From Eledone cirrhosa (taxonomy: Eukaryota): DNA of 64,000 nucleotides. The notes beneath the pieces are model-generated. The model did no database searches, was not told the origin of the DNA, and worked only from the letters and a program-made list of their open reading frames with translations. Below are positions 1-11,728 of this stretch, piece by piece. The stretch lies in NCBI GenBank assembly GCA_964016885.1, contig OZ024762.1:27900001-27964000 (forward strand), written 5' to 3'. Each line of letters begins with the position of its first letter. The first letter of the stretch is position 1. Made by a program: the position numbers and the translations under genes.

Positions 1-164
1 CAATAGATTAAAAGCACTCTACACATCCTCTTCTTCATCATATTTAAGTTTATCATGTTATTATTTGTGGTATATAAATGTTGAGATTAGTTGTAATAAA
101 TCACTGCCAATACTGGAACTGAACCATCAAGACAGTTGCGGTATGTCATACATCAATTCATGTA

Positions 165-226
165 TTTTATCTGATGAGGATGTACTGAAAAAACAGCACA
201 GTACCTTCGAAATATATATAATAAAA
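165..226 (+). ncRNA. Minimal type-I hammerhead ribozyme (Penelope pLTR type)
   Basis: TTTTAT-CTGATGA-[stem II GTACTG/CAGTAC]-GAAA-TATATA-TA-ATAAAA. Stem I is TTTTAT/ATAAAA, stem III is a short palindrome, and predicted cleavage follows AUA at 220. Confidence 0.8.
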
Positions 227-552
227 CATATTTTGATTATGTGAATGTCTTCATTTATTAATATTTTGAATAATATATATATATATATGTGTGTGTATGT
301 GTATGAAATGTAGATATCTATATATGAGATATATATATATGAGATATATATATATATATGAGATATATATCATCATCATCATCATCATCATCATCTTCGT
401 TTAACGTCCATCTTCCACGCTAGCATGGGTTAGACGGGAGTTGTCCCACTTGAGGCAAGGTTGGTCGGGTGACCGTGTCTCGCTCATATATATATATATG
501 AGATATATATATATGATATATATATACATATATATAGATATGATATATATAC

Positions 553-594
<42 letters not shown>

Positions 595-1003
595 CACACA
601 AACAGATCAAAAGTGATTAAGAGATAGTGATAAATAGGGAAAGAAAGATATATATATAATGTAGGAGGTGAGTTTTATTGTAGTACAATAAAGCAATGCA
701 TCTCAGTTATAAAAGCTATCTCTCTCTCTCTATCACCCATCTCTCCTCCTATCTCATCCTTCCTTATTATACTCCTCCCCCTCCATTCTTTACTCTCATC
801 TCCTCCTCTTTTTCATCCTTTCCACACACACCCCACCCCCCATCATATGTTTCCCTATATCACACATCAATCTAAAACTACTTTTCATATGTTGATTTAT
901 AACTGCACTATTCACAAGTGTTTTTTAACCTTCATATCATGTCTCCCTATTTTATCTGACGAAAACGCAAGCCATGCCTTGTATATTATCCTCACATTCG
1001 CTC

Positions 1004-1110
1004 GCTCTGATGAATTAACTGGTTATAAACAAAGTATTGGAGTTCGATTGACGCAACATCTAGCGATTAGCGAACTCTAAACCTACCAGATCAAAGAAAC
1101 AATTGTCAGC
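1004..1110 (+). ncRNA. Hammerhead ribozyme with extended stem II
   Basis: GCT-CTGATGA(1007)...GAAAC-AATT-GTC-AGC. The stem II region contains CTGGT/ACCAG and GAGTTCG/CGAACTC pairings. Confidence 0.8.
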
Positions 1111-1162
1111 ACTGTGAATAAAGCCCTTATTGTACAGACAACCATGTTACTCTTATCTTTTG

Positions 1163-1190
<28 letters not shown>

Positions 1191-1193
<3 letters not shown>

Positions 1194-1747
1194 GATAAAT
1201 CTACCAAGAGTTTACGGTAGTGTCCAATCCGTATGAAGAACTCAATGTAATCCGGATATCATGGAAAGAAGAGATGCAATGAAAAATCACTTTCGGTGAA
1301 AGATAAACGGAATACAGAGTCAAGATAAAATATTAAATAAATAATGAATAAAACAATGAAACAGTTCCTTATATTAAACAAAAAAAGTTCATTATTTAAC
1401 GATCGTTTCTGGGATATATATGTGTTAGAATTGGCATGTATATTTAACAGATCTATGTACAAAATTATACAAAATTATACAAACTATCAAAATTAAATAT
1501 ACATACCAACACATATATATGCCGTCTTCAGAAATTATTTCTGAAGACGGCATATATATGTGTTGGTATGTATATTTGATTTTGATAGTTTGTATAATTT
1601 TGTATAATTTTGTACATAGATCTGTTAAATATACATGCCAATTCTAACACATATATATCCCAGAAACGATCGTTAACTAATGAGCTTTTTTTGTTTAATA
1701 TAAGGAACTGTTTCATTGTTTTATTCATTATTTTTTTAATATTTTAT
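1191..1747 (-). mobile_element. Penelope-like pLTR fold-back element with hammerhead motif, flanked by (TA)n
   Basis: Near-perfect ~210 bp inverted arms 1325-1535/1537-1747. Each arm carries CTGAAGA...GAAAC-GATC-GTT. The unique terminal segment 1191-1324 shares GAAGAACTCAATGTAATCC with the element at 3572. Confidence 0.75.
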
Positions 1748-2072
1748 ATATATATATATATATAATATATATATATACTCTTAAGCAACACACAGTAATG
1801 TTTATAGAATATCATTTTTACATTACCTTATCAATGTTGTTATGTCAGTAAGTGTTGGAAGTGAGTTTTTGAGACAATATCTTACAGCTGGATGCTCTTC
1901 CTGACACCGATTGTTTTAGTTCTTTCATACAGCGTGCAGGGATAGGGTGTCCCTATTCTAAACCGGATACACACCGCCTAAATATATATATACATTCCCG
2001 GCCAACCCTTGCTAGCAGAGGGAGCGGGCATTAAACGGGTGATGATATATATACAGTATATATATATGTACA

Positions 2073-2131
<59 letters not shown>

Positions 2132-2164
2132 GTATATATATATACAGTATATATATATGTACAG

Positions 2165-2197
<33 letters not shown>

Positions 2198-2202
2198 GTA
2201 CA

Positions 2203-2233
<31 letters not shown>

Positions 2234-2236
<3 letters not shown>

Positions 2237-3524
2237 TCATCACCGTTTTACGTCCGTTCTTCCACGCTAGCATGGGTTAGACGGGTTGTCCTGTTGTGGG
2301 CAGTGTCTGGTCGGCTGACCATGCCTTGCTCATACAGGAACTGATCTGGCTTGATTTCTACAGCTGGATGCCCTTCCTAACACCAACCTCATTTACAGTG
2401 AGTGCTGGGTGCTTTTTCGTGGCACCTACACGTCCACTTTACAGTGTGGGCTGGGTGCTTTTTTGCCGTGGCACCTCCACGACCACCTTGCGGTGGGGGG
2501 GGGGGGGGCATATTGTTTATATGCTTCAGCATGTACCCATGGGAGGTCGGGTACCCTGTATTACTGCGTGACGCCAGAAGTCACGGTCGTGTGTCATTGA
2601 CTTTGAGAGGTGTAGTTGGGTAAGGTCGGCTTTTATCACCTCATCCCAAGTCATCTTGGGTCTCCCCACTCCGCGGTTTCCATCAACTTCTAGTGCTCTG
2701 CACCTTTTTATGCAGCTGTCATCCTTCATACGCATCACATGTCCATACCAGCGTAACCGCCTCTCCTGCACGCAGCATTTGATTCCTCTTATGCTCAGTC
2801 TCTCTCTCAATTCATTTATGCTTTGTCGTTCGCGTATATTACTGTTACACATCCATCGGAGCATGCAGGCTTCGTTTCTCTCTAATCTACGTAAGTCTTC
2901 CACCTTCAGCGCCCAGGTCTCACTACCATGCAACATCGCTGTTCGGATACACGCATCATACAGTCTGCCTTTCATTCTGAGGGAGAAGCCTTTTGCAGCT
3001 AGCAGTGGTAGTAGTTCCCTAAACTTCTTCCATCCCGTTCTTACCCTAGTTATTGTACTTTCTGAGCACCCACCTCCGTTGCTAATTCGGTCACCTAGGT
3101 AGCAGAAGCTGTCTACTGTTTCTACAGGGCCCTCCCAGAGATTGGTGGTACTTGTTTCCTGTGGCTGTTTGCTTGCTGTTTCAGCACAGCTGCTGCATGT
3201 GAATCCTACATTCTTAATTAAGCTTCCTGAGATCCCGCTACATCTCTTGTGTACCCATTGTTTGCATTTGGGGCAAAGAATGGAGTTCCTACCTACACCT
3301 TTCCTACATACTGAGCAAGGCCATTTCCCTGAGGGGATCTGGGTTCTGTTTTCTCGTCTACTTATAAGGACCTTAGTCTTTGTCATGTTGACTTTGAGGC
3401 CCTTTCTCTCTAGTCCCTGCTTCCAGGTTTGGAATTTATTCTCTAGTTCTACCATAGATTCAGCTATGAGTGCGAGGTCATCAGCATACAGGAGTTCCCA
3501 TGGGCATCCGGTCTTAAACTCCTC

Positions 3525-3525
<1 letters not shown>
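2234..3525 (-). mobile_element. 5'-truncated RTE LINE, near-identical to 14270-15568
   Basis: YADD RT motif and C-terminus match the 831-aa ORF. Same 3' UTR and (GAT)n tail. The ORF-track N-terminus before EEFKTG is spurious. Confidence 0.93.
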
Positions 3526-3555
<30 letters not shown>

Positions 3556-3571
3556 GTATATATATATATAT

Positions 3572-4057
3572 ACAGAGATATCCACGGTAAGTTGTGGGGT
3601 CCCATCTGCATGAAGAACTCAATGTAATCCATATGTTGAAAATGTTGTAGGTTAAAGTAAATCCCGGAAAACAATAAAACATTAAATTAAAAGGAAAACA
3701 GAGTCATGATATAAGTTAAAACAATGAAATAAAAATTCAAGTCATTAGAAATATACTTCACTGCCTTACGATCGTTTCTAGGTGATGATAATACATCGTA
3801 ACCATACTTCGTTATCGATCTATGTAAGGTTAGTTACAAAATATCAGATAAGGAAAATATTTACATACATGTATATCACCAGCTGTTGTCAAAAGCAATG
3901 AGAATGTTATTCAAAATTAGTAGTAAATTGAGTTCTATGACCTTACATAGATCGATAACGAAGTATGGTTACGATGTATTATCATCACCTAGAAACGATC
4001 GTAAATCAGTGAAGTATATTTCTAATGACTTGAATTTTTATTTCATTGTTTTAACTT
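3572..4057 (-). mobile_element. Penelope-like fold-back element related to 1191-1747, with degenerate hammerhead
   Basis: Inverted arms 3713-3830/3940-4057 contain GAAAC-GATC-GTA. Terminal segment shared with 1191 element. (TA)n on both sides. Confidence 0.7.
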
Positions 4058-4073
4058 TATATATATATATAGA

Positions 4074-4455
4074 GAGGCACATGGCTTAGGGGTTAGAGCA
4101 TTGGGCTTGCAATCGAAAGGTTGCAAGTTCAATTTTCAGACCGGGTGATGTGTTGTTTCCTTGAGCAAGACACTTTATTTCACATTGCTCCAGTTTACTC
4201 AGCTGTAGAAATGAGATGATAGGACTGGGGTCCCTATCATTCCACTGCAAAGTGGTCATGGAGGTGCCACGGCAAAAAAGCACCCAGCCCACACTGTAAA
4301 GTCCTATACGAGCGAGACACGGTCACCCGACCAATCTTGCCTCAAGTGGGACAATTCCCGTCTAACCCGTGCTAACGTGGAAGATAGACATTAAACGATG
4401 ATGATGATGATGATGATATATATATCATCTAGCCAGAAACAGTGTCCTACATAAA
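4074..4455 (+). mobile_element. tRNA-derived SINE with RTE-like 3' tail
   Basis: A box TGGCTTAGGGG, B box GTTCAATT, core CCTTGAGCAAGACACTTT, (GAT)n tail. Many copies in the window. Confidence 0.85.
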
Positions 4456-4676
4456 CAAGACACGGTGACCTGACCCAACTTGTCTCTAATGGGACAACCC
4501 ATCTAACCCATGCTAGCATGAAAAATGGATGTTAAACGATAATGATGGTGATGACGATGATATATATATATATCCATTCATTTGGGTTAAGAGACATGAA
4601 GAAAGAGTGCTCAATACCAAAGTAGAGAGTTTTGCATGTTTCTGCTGATCACCAACAGAAATCTCAGTAATATAAT

Positions 4677-4748
<72 letters not shown>

Positions 4749-4799
4749 TAGAATTGGTGCTCTGGAATAGCGATGTATCCATGAATATATATACAGTAT

Positions 4800-5259
4800 T
4801 TACGTATCAAGAGAGAGAAAAAAGGGGAGGATAGGTGATACATATAGTTATTTGCCAAGTAGCGTATGCCAAAGGTGCTCGATACTAGTGCCGGCAGTAT
4901 TAAATATTCGAAGTGTTAATATTTAGTGGGCTAGAGAGTTAGCAGAGCGTAAGCACGTGGGAAAGTAAGAAATCGGAGAATAGACCGTTAAAACATGTTT
5001 ATTTAAAACAGCACCTACGTATGTTTCGCCCAGTTGGGCTTCTCAAGGGCATAAATAATCAAAAGTGTTCCTTACATTGCTCAGAAAGAGTTTTGGGAGT
5101 TAAATTCACGTCAAGGTTCATTGCTCGCAAAAATAGCTTGTTTTGATTTTTATGCCCTTTTTTATGCCCTTGAGAAGCCCAACTGGGCGAAACGTATGAA
5201 GGTGCTGTTTTAAATAAACATGTTTTAACGGTCTATTCTCCGATTTCTTACATTCCCAC
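4800..5259 (-). mobile_element. Fold-back element with variant hammerhead in both arms
   Basis: Arms 4957-5055/5161-5259. Minus strand 5011-5050 reads GCCC-TTGAGAA-GCCC-AACT-GGGC-GAAAC-ATAC-GTA-GGTGC. Confidence 0.72.
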
Positions 5260-5276
5260 ATGAATATATATATATA

Positions 5277-5504
5277 GTATATTTGGCAATATACCATATG
5301 TTTAATTAAAAACATTTTGAAGATCTTGCGCTATTATTTTAAAGTAGTGACTATGTCACTTACTTCTTTTTTCAACAAACAAAGGGAGATAAGCTAACAG
5401 ATTGTTGAAAAAAGAAGTCAGTGACATAGTCACTACTTTAAAATAATACAGCAAGGTCTTCAAAATGTTTTTAATTAAGCATACAGTATATTGCCAAATA
5501 TACT
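5277..5504. mobile_element. Fold-back pLTR remnant, same family as 5520-5825
   Basis: Arms 5277-5378/5402-5504. The spacer is the reverse complement of the ribozyme 3' part of the adjacent copy. Confidence 0.7.
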
Positions 5505-5665
5505 ATATATATATATATTCATGTATACATCGCTATTTCAGAGCACCAATTCTAATTTTCAATTTTTGCTGTACCGGCAATCGCTCTGTATAATCAGTTC
5601 CTGGTTATTACTGGAATTCTATAAGAATCCAACATCTATAATTTTCAACAGACATCGGCGAGTGT

Positions 5666-5711
5666 TAAGCTCTGATGATTACCAACAGTATGAAACAGAT
5701 CTGTCAGCTTA
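5666..5711 (+). ncRNA. Canonical minimal hammerhead ribozyme
   Basis: TAAGCT-CTGATGA-T-TAC-CAACA-GTA-T-GAAA-CAGATCTG-TC-AGCTTA. Perfect 6-bp stem I, palindromic stem III, GUC cleavage triplet. Confidence 0.88.
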
Positions 5712-5852
5712 TCTCCCTTTGTTTGTTGAAAAAAGAAGTCAGTGACATAGTCACTACTTTAAAATAATAACACAAGGTCTTCAAAATGTTTTTAATTAAG
5801 CATACAGTATATTGCCAAATATACTATATATATATTCATATATATATATATA

Positions 5853-5951
5853 TTAAAAAAAATTTTCGCTGTACATGGCTGAATACAATAAATGTAATCT
5901 GAGTTTTTCGAATGTTATTATTAATATTCGAAAAACTCAGATTACATTTAT

Positions 5952-5952
<1 letters not shown>
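5853..5952 (-). mobile_element. Short fold-back remnant, family also at 13147-13428 and 55474-55590
   Basis: Hairpin AATAAATGTAATCTGAGTTTTTCGAAT / ATTCGAAAAACTCAGATTACATTTATT within (TA)n. Confidence 0.6.
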
Positions 5953-5984
<32 letters not shown>

Positions 5985-6353
5985 ATTTAATGTACTTGTT
6001 CACGTGACAGTCATAATTTCATTTATAACCAATCAAATTACATTTATAAAAAAAAGCCTTTGTGTGCCACTTTTTAAGTAAAAAGAAATTCAAACACAAA
6101 CTGGCGCGAAAGCTGATGTGCTTATTCACGTGACTGCATCAACCAACCAAACTTCACTTATATATGAAAAACAATCTGAGCCCCCGTTTTTTGAAGGCAA
6201 ATATATTAAGAACTTTATAACGCGAACTGGCGCGTGTTTTATTATACTTATTCACATGACAGTCATCAACCAGCCAAATTACTTTTCTAACCACCTAGCA
6301 TTTCGAGCCACTTTTTTCCACATAAAATATCTATGTCCATAGATGAACATAGA

Positions 6354-6427
6354 TATTTCATCTGATGAATGAACTAGATATTGCTGTTAGAATCGTCTAA
6401 TTTTGTGAAACCTTGGGTAATGGAATA
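6354..6427 (+). ncRNA. Hammerhead ribozyme motif
   Basis: TATTTCAT-CTGATGA...GAAA-CC-TTG-GG-TA-ATGGAATA. Stem I is 8 bp with one G-U. The downstream tail recurs inverted at about 18975-19035. Confidence 0.72.
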
Positions 6428-6544
6428 ATTATAGTGTGTTGTTTCTCATGTTATTAAATAGCTCTGTAATATACATAGAGCACTCTTCTTTCCTTTACCT
6501 TTTCTACTGAAATACATAACACACATATATGCATATCATCATCA

Positions 6545-8040
6545 TCCTCATCATTTTACATCCGCTTTTCCCTGCTTGCAAGGGTGGGATGGGTCTTATT
6601 CAGCACAGCATCTCTCCACTTTTCACGGTCCTTCGTCATCTTCTCCGTGAGCTTCAGCGATCTGAGATCTGTTCTCACCACCTCTGCCCATGTTTTTCGT
6701 GGCCTACCGCTACCACGTCTTCCTTCAACTGGCATTTTCTGGCACTTCTTCACCCATCGGTCATCCTCCATGCACATCACATGTCCATACCACCTCAGTC
6801 TTCTTTCTCGTACACTACATTCTTTCCCTCTCACAAACAGTTTCTCTCTCAACACATTTATGCTGGGTTGTTCATGCACATTGACATTGCACATCCAACG
6901 GAGCATGCTTGCCTCATTTCTCTCCAGCTGTCGCATATCTTCTGCGGTAGCTGCCCATGTCTCACTACCATGCAGCATCACGCTCCTCACACAGGCATCA
7001 TATAACCGGTCTTTCGTATGCAGGGAGAAACCCTTGTTCGTCAGCAGAGGAAGCAGCTCCGTAAACTTCTTCCAACCCGTTCTTATTCTAGATACTATGG
7101 CCTTGGAACACCCCCCTCCCATGCAAATCTGATCTCCTAGGTACCGGAAGCTATCCACCACTTCTATAGCGCCCTCTTGCATTTGAAAAATGTGTCTATC
7201 AGTGCGACTTCTACTGTCTAATTTCCCTGAACATCTACTGCATACGTATTTCTCCCTACCTGTTAGTTTGTCTGCTATCCCACTACATCTCTTGTGTACC
7301 CAGGATCTGCATTGTGTGCATTTTATAGAATTTATGCCAGTTCCTTTTCTGCATATCGAACATGGCCATTTCCCTGACGGAATCAGAGTTTTGTCCTCTT
7401 TTCTACTCAACACTTTAGTCTTAGCTAGGTTCACTCTCAGTCCTCTTGCTTCCAACTGCTATTTCCATAGCCAGAATTTATTCTCTAACTCCTATACTGA
7501 TTCTGCTATAAGAACCAGATCGTCAGCATAGAGAAGTTCCCATGGACAGCCAGTCTTAAACTCCTCTGTTATGGCTTGGAGGACTATAATGAACAAGAGC
7601 GGGCTGAGGACCGAACCTTTATGTACTCCTACTTATGTCTGGAATTCCTAACTAAACTCCATTTCTACCCTCACTTTACTGACAATACCTCTGTACAAAG
7701 TTTGCACTGTCCTCACAAGCCATTCCTCAACACCTAGTTTCCTTAGGGACTACCAGATGACAGATCGGGGTACCCTATCAAAGGCCTTCTCTAGGTCAAC
7801 AAAGGCTAAGTATAGTGGCTTATTTTTCTCTAAGAACCTCTCTTGTAATTGTCTCACCAAGAAGATGGCATCTGTTGTACTTTTCCCAGGCACAAAACCA
7901 AACTGCATCTCATCTAGTTTGACCCTTTCTCTAATTAGTTGTGCTTATATCCTTTCTGCCACTTTCATAACCTGATCCATCAGTTTTATACCCCTATAAT
8001 TGCTCCTCTCCAGAGCATCCCCTTTACTTTTGTAGCAATT
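6545..8040 (-). mobile_element. Older, 5'-truncated RTE LINE (decayed)
   Basis: RT C-terminus homologous to the 14571 ORF, with stops and frameshifts upstream of 7455. Tail CCCACCCTTGCAAGCAGGGAAAAGCGG-(GAT)n. Confidence 0.9.
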
Positions 8041-8559
8041 TATGAGAATATATATTATGTGTATATATATAAATACACACACACATATACATTCATATAT
8101 AATGTATGTTTAATGTATGACAAGGTTTAGTAGTTAATACATCTCTGTAGTATCTATCTCAACAAAATACAGCCATACTGCCGTCCATCCTCAGAAAGAA
8201 TGGTTTGCGAATTTTATTAAGAAGACACAGTAAACGTGATTGTGGCCCCGGAACTGTGATTCTGCTGTGAGAAGAGTTTGGTGTGGCCAACAAGCCTGTC
8301 CCTCCTCACAGCAGTACCATCCACTTTCATTCTGCAAAAGTTGTTGCTGCACCAAACTGTGGTCCCGTTCCACACTGTAAATGTGGTTGGTGTGAGGAAG
8401 GGCATCCAGCTGTAAAAACCCTGGTCAAATTTACAGTCCCTTTGGAGCAAGGTACGGTGTGGCCAGTCCTGGCCAGACTTGTCTCTGAACATGGATGATC
8501 TGTCTGACCCATGCAAGCATGGAAAAATGAGCGTTAAATGGTGGTAATGATATCTCTCA

Positions 8560-9340
8560 ATTCAGAGAAATAGCAGCCCAATATTACAAACATGTTGTTA
8601 GAATGTCTCAGGAAAGAAGAATCATTGGATAGATTTTACAGACAAAAATAACCTGGCAGGAGAGCCAGGGATGGACCCTTCCCCCACCCCCTGAGCAAGA
8701 TAGTTGAATAACATCCATTAGCTAGGCTGGAGATGGTTGCTTCTGAAAGGACCAACTGGAAGGAGTGTTTAAGGACTCTGCCCCCAGAATCCTCTCAGGA
8801 ATAAGTGAAAGAAGAAGATATTATGTTGTTAGAATGTCTCAGGAAAGAATTGCTGGACAGATTTTACAAGCAAAAAGAACAGGTAGGATACCCAGGGGTA
8901 GACCCCTAACAAGAGAGTTGGATAACATCCATGAACTAGGTTGGTCTCATTTAGGGGATCCAGCCAGATAAATCAGAGATGGTTGCTTTTGACAGGACCC
9001 ACTGGAAGGAGTTTTTGAGGACTCTGCCTCCACGACCCTCTCAGGAAGAAGAAGACAACAACAATAAAGAAGGTGAAGAAGGTGAAGAAGGAAGTGAAAG
9101 AGGAGGAAAAGAAGAAGAAGAAAGTGAAAGAGGAGGAAAAGAAGAAAGTGAAGAGGGGGAAAAGAAGAAGACCTACTGGAAGGAATGTTTAAGGACTTTG
9201 CCTCCAGAACCGTCTAGGAATAAGGAGAAGAAAAGGAGGAGGTGGAGGACCCACTAGAAGGAGTGTTTCAAGACTCTTCCCCCAAAACCATCTCAGGAAT
9301 AAGGAAAAGAAGGAGAAGGTGAAGAAGAAAGAAGAAATTA
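8560..9340 (+). mobile_element. Tandem decayed 3' ends of an Expander/Rex3-type RTE
   Basis: Repeated RMSQERI..GRP..WLDNI..WKE.LRTLPP segments, homologous to 56965-57500. Confidence 0.7.
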
Positions 9341-9726
9341 TTTGTTTTCATTGTTCAACATAATATATCTGGCACTGTAGTTCCTCAAAACTAGTTGATA
9401 TGTAATAAGATAGCCCTGTTCCAAAAAATCAACTTAGCAATGCTTAGATGGGATATTCTTGCAACACTATATCCATCCTGTTCTAACAGGGTTACAAGTC
9501 TTAGCTTAAATGCATATAATATTAATAAGGATATATATATAACATACTTACTATATATATATATATATATGTGTATATGTATGTATATATATATATATAT
9601 ATTTAATTATACATAATTAAAATATGTTATGAATATAAATTACATCTCAATGAAAAGAGATCATTAGGATATCTTATCATCATCATCGTTTTACGTCCAC
9701 TTTCCACAATAGCATGGGTTAGACGG

Positions 9727-9760
<34 letters not shown>

Positions 9761-9849
9761 TAATATATATATATATATACATATATACATATATAATATA
9801 TATATATATATATATATACATATATAATATATATATATCATCATTTCAT

Positions 9850-10177
9850 TTCATTTTACGTCCACTTTTCCCTGCTTGCAAGGGTGGGACGGGAACTGAT
9901 TCTGGCTTGATTTCTACAGCTGGATGCCCTCCCTAACACCAACCTCATTTACAGTGAGTGCTGGGTGCTTTTTTGCTGTGGCACCTCCACGACCACTTTG
10001 CAGTGGAATGATAGGGACCCCAGTCCCTATCATCTCATTTCTACAGCTGAGTAAACTGGAGCAATGTGAAATAAAGTGTCTTGCTCAAGGAAACAACACA
10101 TCACCCGGTCTGAGAATTGAACTCACAACCTTTCGATTGCAAGCCCAATGCTCTAACCACTAAGCCATGTGCCTCCT
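9850..10177 (-). mobile_element. tRNA-derived SINE
   Basis: Reverse complement of the 4074 family. Further copies at 12490-12813 (-), 17266-17535 (+), 44670-44920 (-), 50885-51128 (-) and 59445-59620 (+). Confidence 0.85.
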
Positions 10178-10729
10178 ATATATACCGTAGGACAATATTG
10201 TCCTGCCCATGCTAGCATGGAAGATGGACGTTAAACGATGATGATATATATATATATATAGAATATCTTATACATATCACTGAAGGTTCATAAAATATCT
10301 TTCCTTAGAGATATACACAACCTCAAGCAACTTAAACATAAGGAACCTGACCAATATATATACATATATAAAGGATCGATCGACTTTCATCAAATCGGAC
10401 CGAGGAAACAATGTTTCCGTTGGTCTTTCCAACTGCTAATACTATCTATCGGTCGCAACTCTAGGTAGAAGGAGCAACGTGAAATAGAGTGTCTTGTTCA
10501 AGGACATAATGTATCGCCCGGTCCAGGAACTCACAACCTCAAGATTGTGAATCCAATTCCCTAACCACTCAGCCATACGCCTTCATATATACATATATAT
10601 ATATGTGTATATATATATGTATATATAGGTATATATATTTATGTATATATATATATATGTGTGTATATATATATATATGTATATATATGTGTATATATAT
10701 ATATGTATATATATGTATGTATATATATG

Positions 10730-10762
<33 letters not shown>

Positions 10763-10883
10763 CTATATATATATTTATATATATATATATATATATTTAT
10801 GTATATCTAAACCCATGCTAGCGTGAAATATAGACGTTAAACACTGATGATGATGATGATATATATGTGTGTATATATATATA

Positions 10884-11112
10884 TTTCATTTCTGAATTTG
10901 TTTAGCAAGATTCTTTATCTGAAATCGTGTGTTGAAACCGATATTGTTATACTTTGGGAGGGTCATGTTGCCAATAAGAAACACACGCACCAGTTGCTTT
11001 CACTTCAATTTATTATAATAAATTTATAAATTTCTTATAATAAATTGAAGTGAAAGCAACTGGTGCGTGTGTTTCTTATTGGCAACATGACCCTCCCAAA
11101 GTATAACAATAT
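10884..11112 (-). mobile_element. Fold-back pLTR 3' remnant of the GIY-YIG element at 39833
   Basis: 10884-11015 is nearly identical to 39833-39965. Inverted arms 10941-11020/11036-11112. (TA)n flanks. Confidence 0.8.
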
Positions 11113-11131
11113 ATATATATATATTTATATG

Positions 11132-11162
<31 letters not shown>

Positions 11163-11728
11163 GTATATATATAAAATAATAATAATGATAATAACAACAA
11201 CATACTGATAATTTTCTAAATGCCAGTACTATGTAGTAGAAAAAGGCAAAGGATGACACTTCAACAGCATTTTAATAAATATTGCCTGAATTTAGTCCAG
11301 AAATATCCATCGAAACAGCTTGAGCTCTGCAGTCGGGGTCTTGAACATTTTCATATATATATATATATATATATATTAAAATAACAGATTAAAGTTTAAG
11401 CCCTCTTTGGATTTTAGTCTTCACATTTATTATTATTACTATATATATATATATATATTATTATTACTATATATATATATATATTATTATTACTATATAT
11501 ATATATATATATTATTATTACTATATATATATATATATTATTATTACTATATATATATATTATTATTACAATATATATATATATTATTATTACTATATAT
11601 ATATATATATTATTATTACTATATATATATATATTATTATTACTATATATATATATTATTATTACAATATATATATACTATTATTACAATATATATATAT
11701 ATTATTATTACTATATATACATATATAT

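Noticed and set aside
2526-3674. 382-aa ORF as a novel fusion protein
   Set aside because: Chance read-through from a pLTR remnant across (TA)n into the truncated RTE frame.
4074-4150. tRNA gene
   Set aside because: tRNA-like SINE head continuing into the SINE core, with no complete cloverleaf.
4625-4670. Minus-strand CTGAGA..GAAAC motif
   Set aside because: Core and cleavage site are degenerate; at most a dead remnant.
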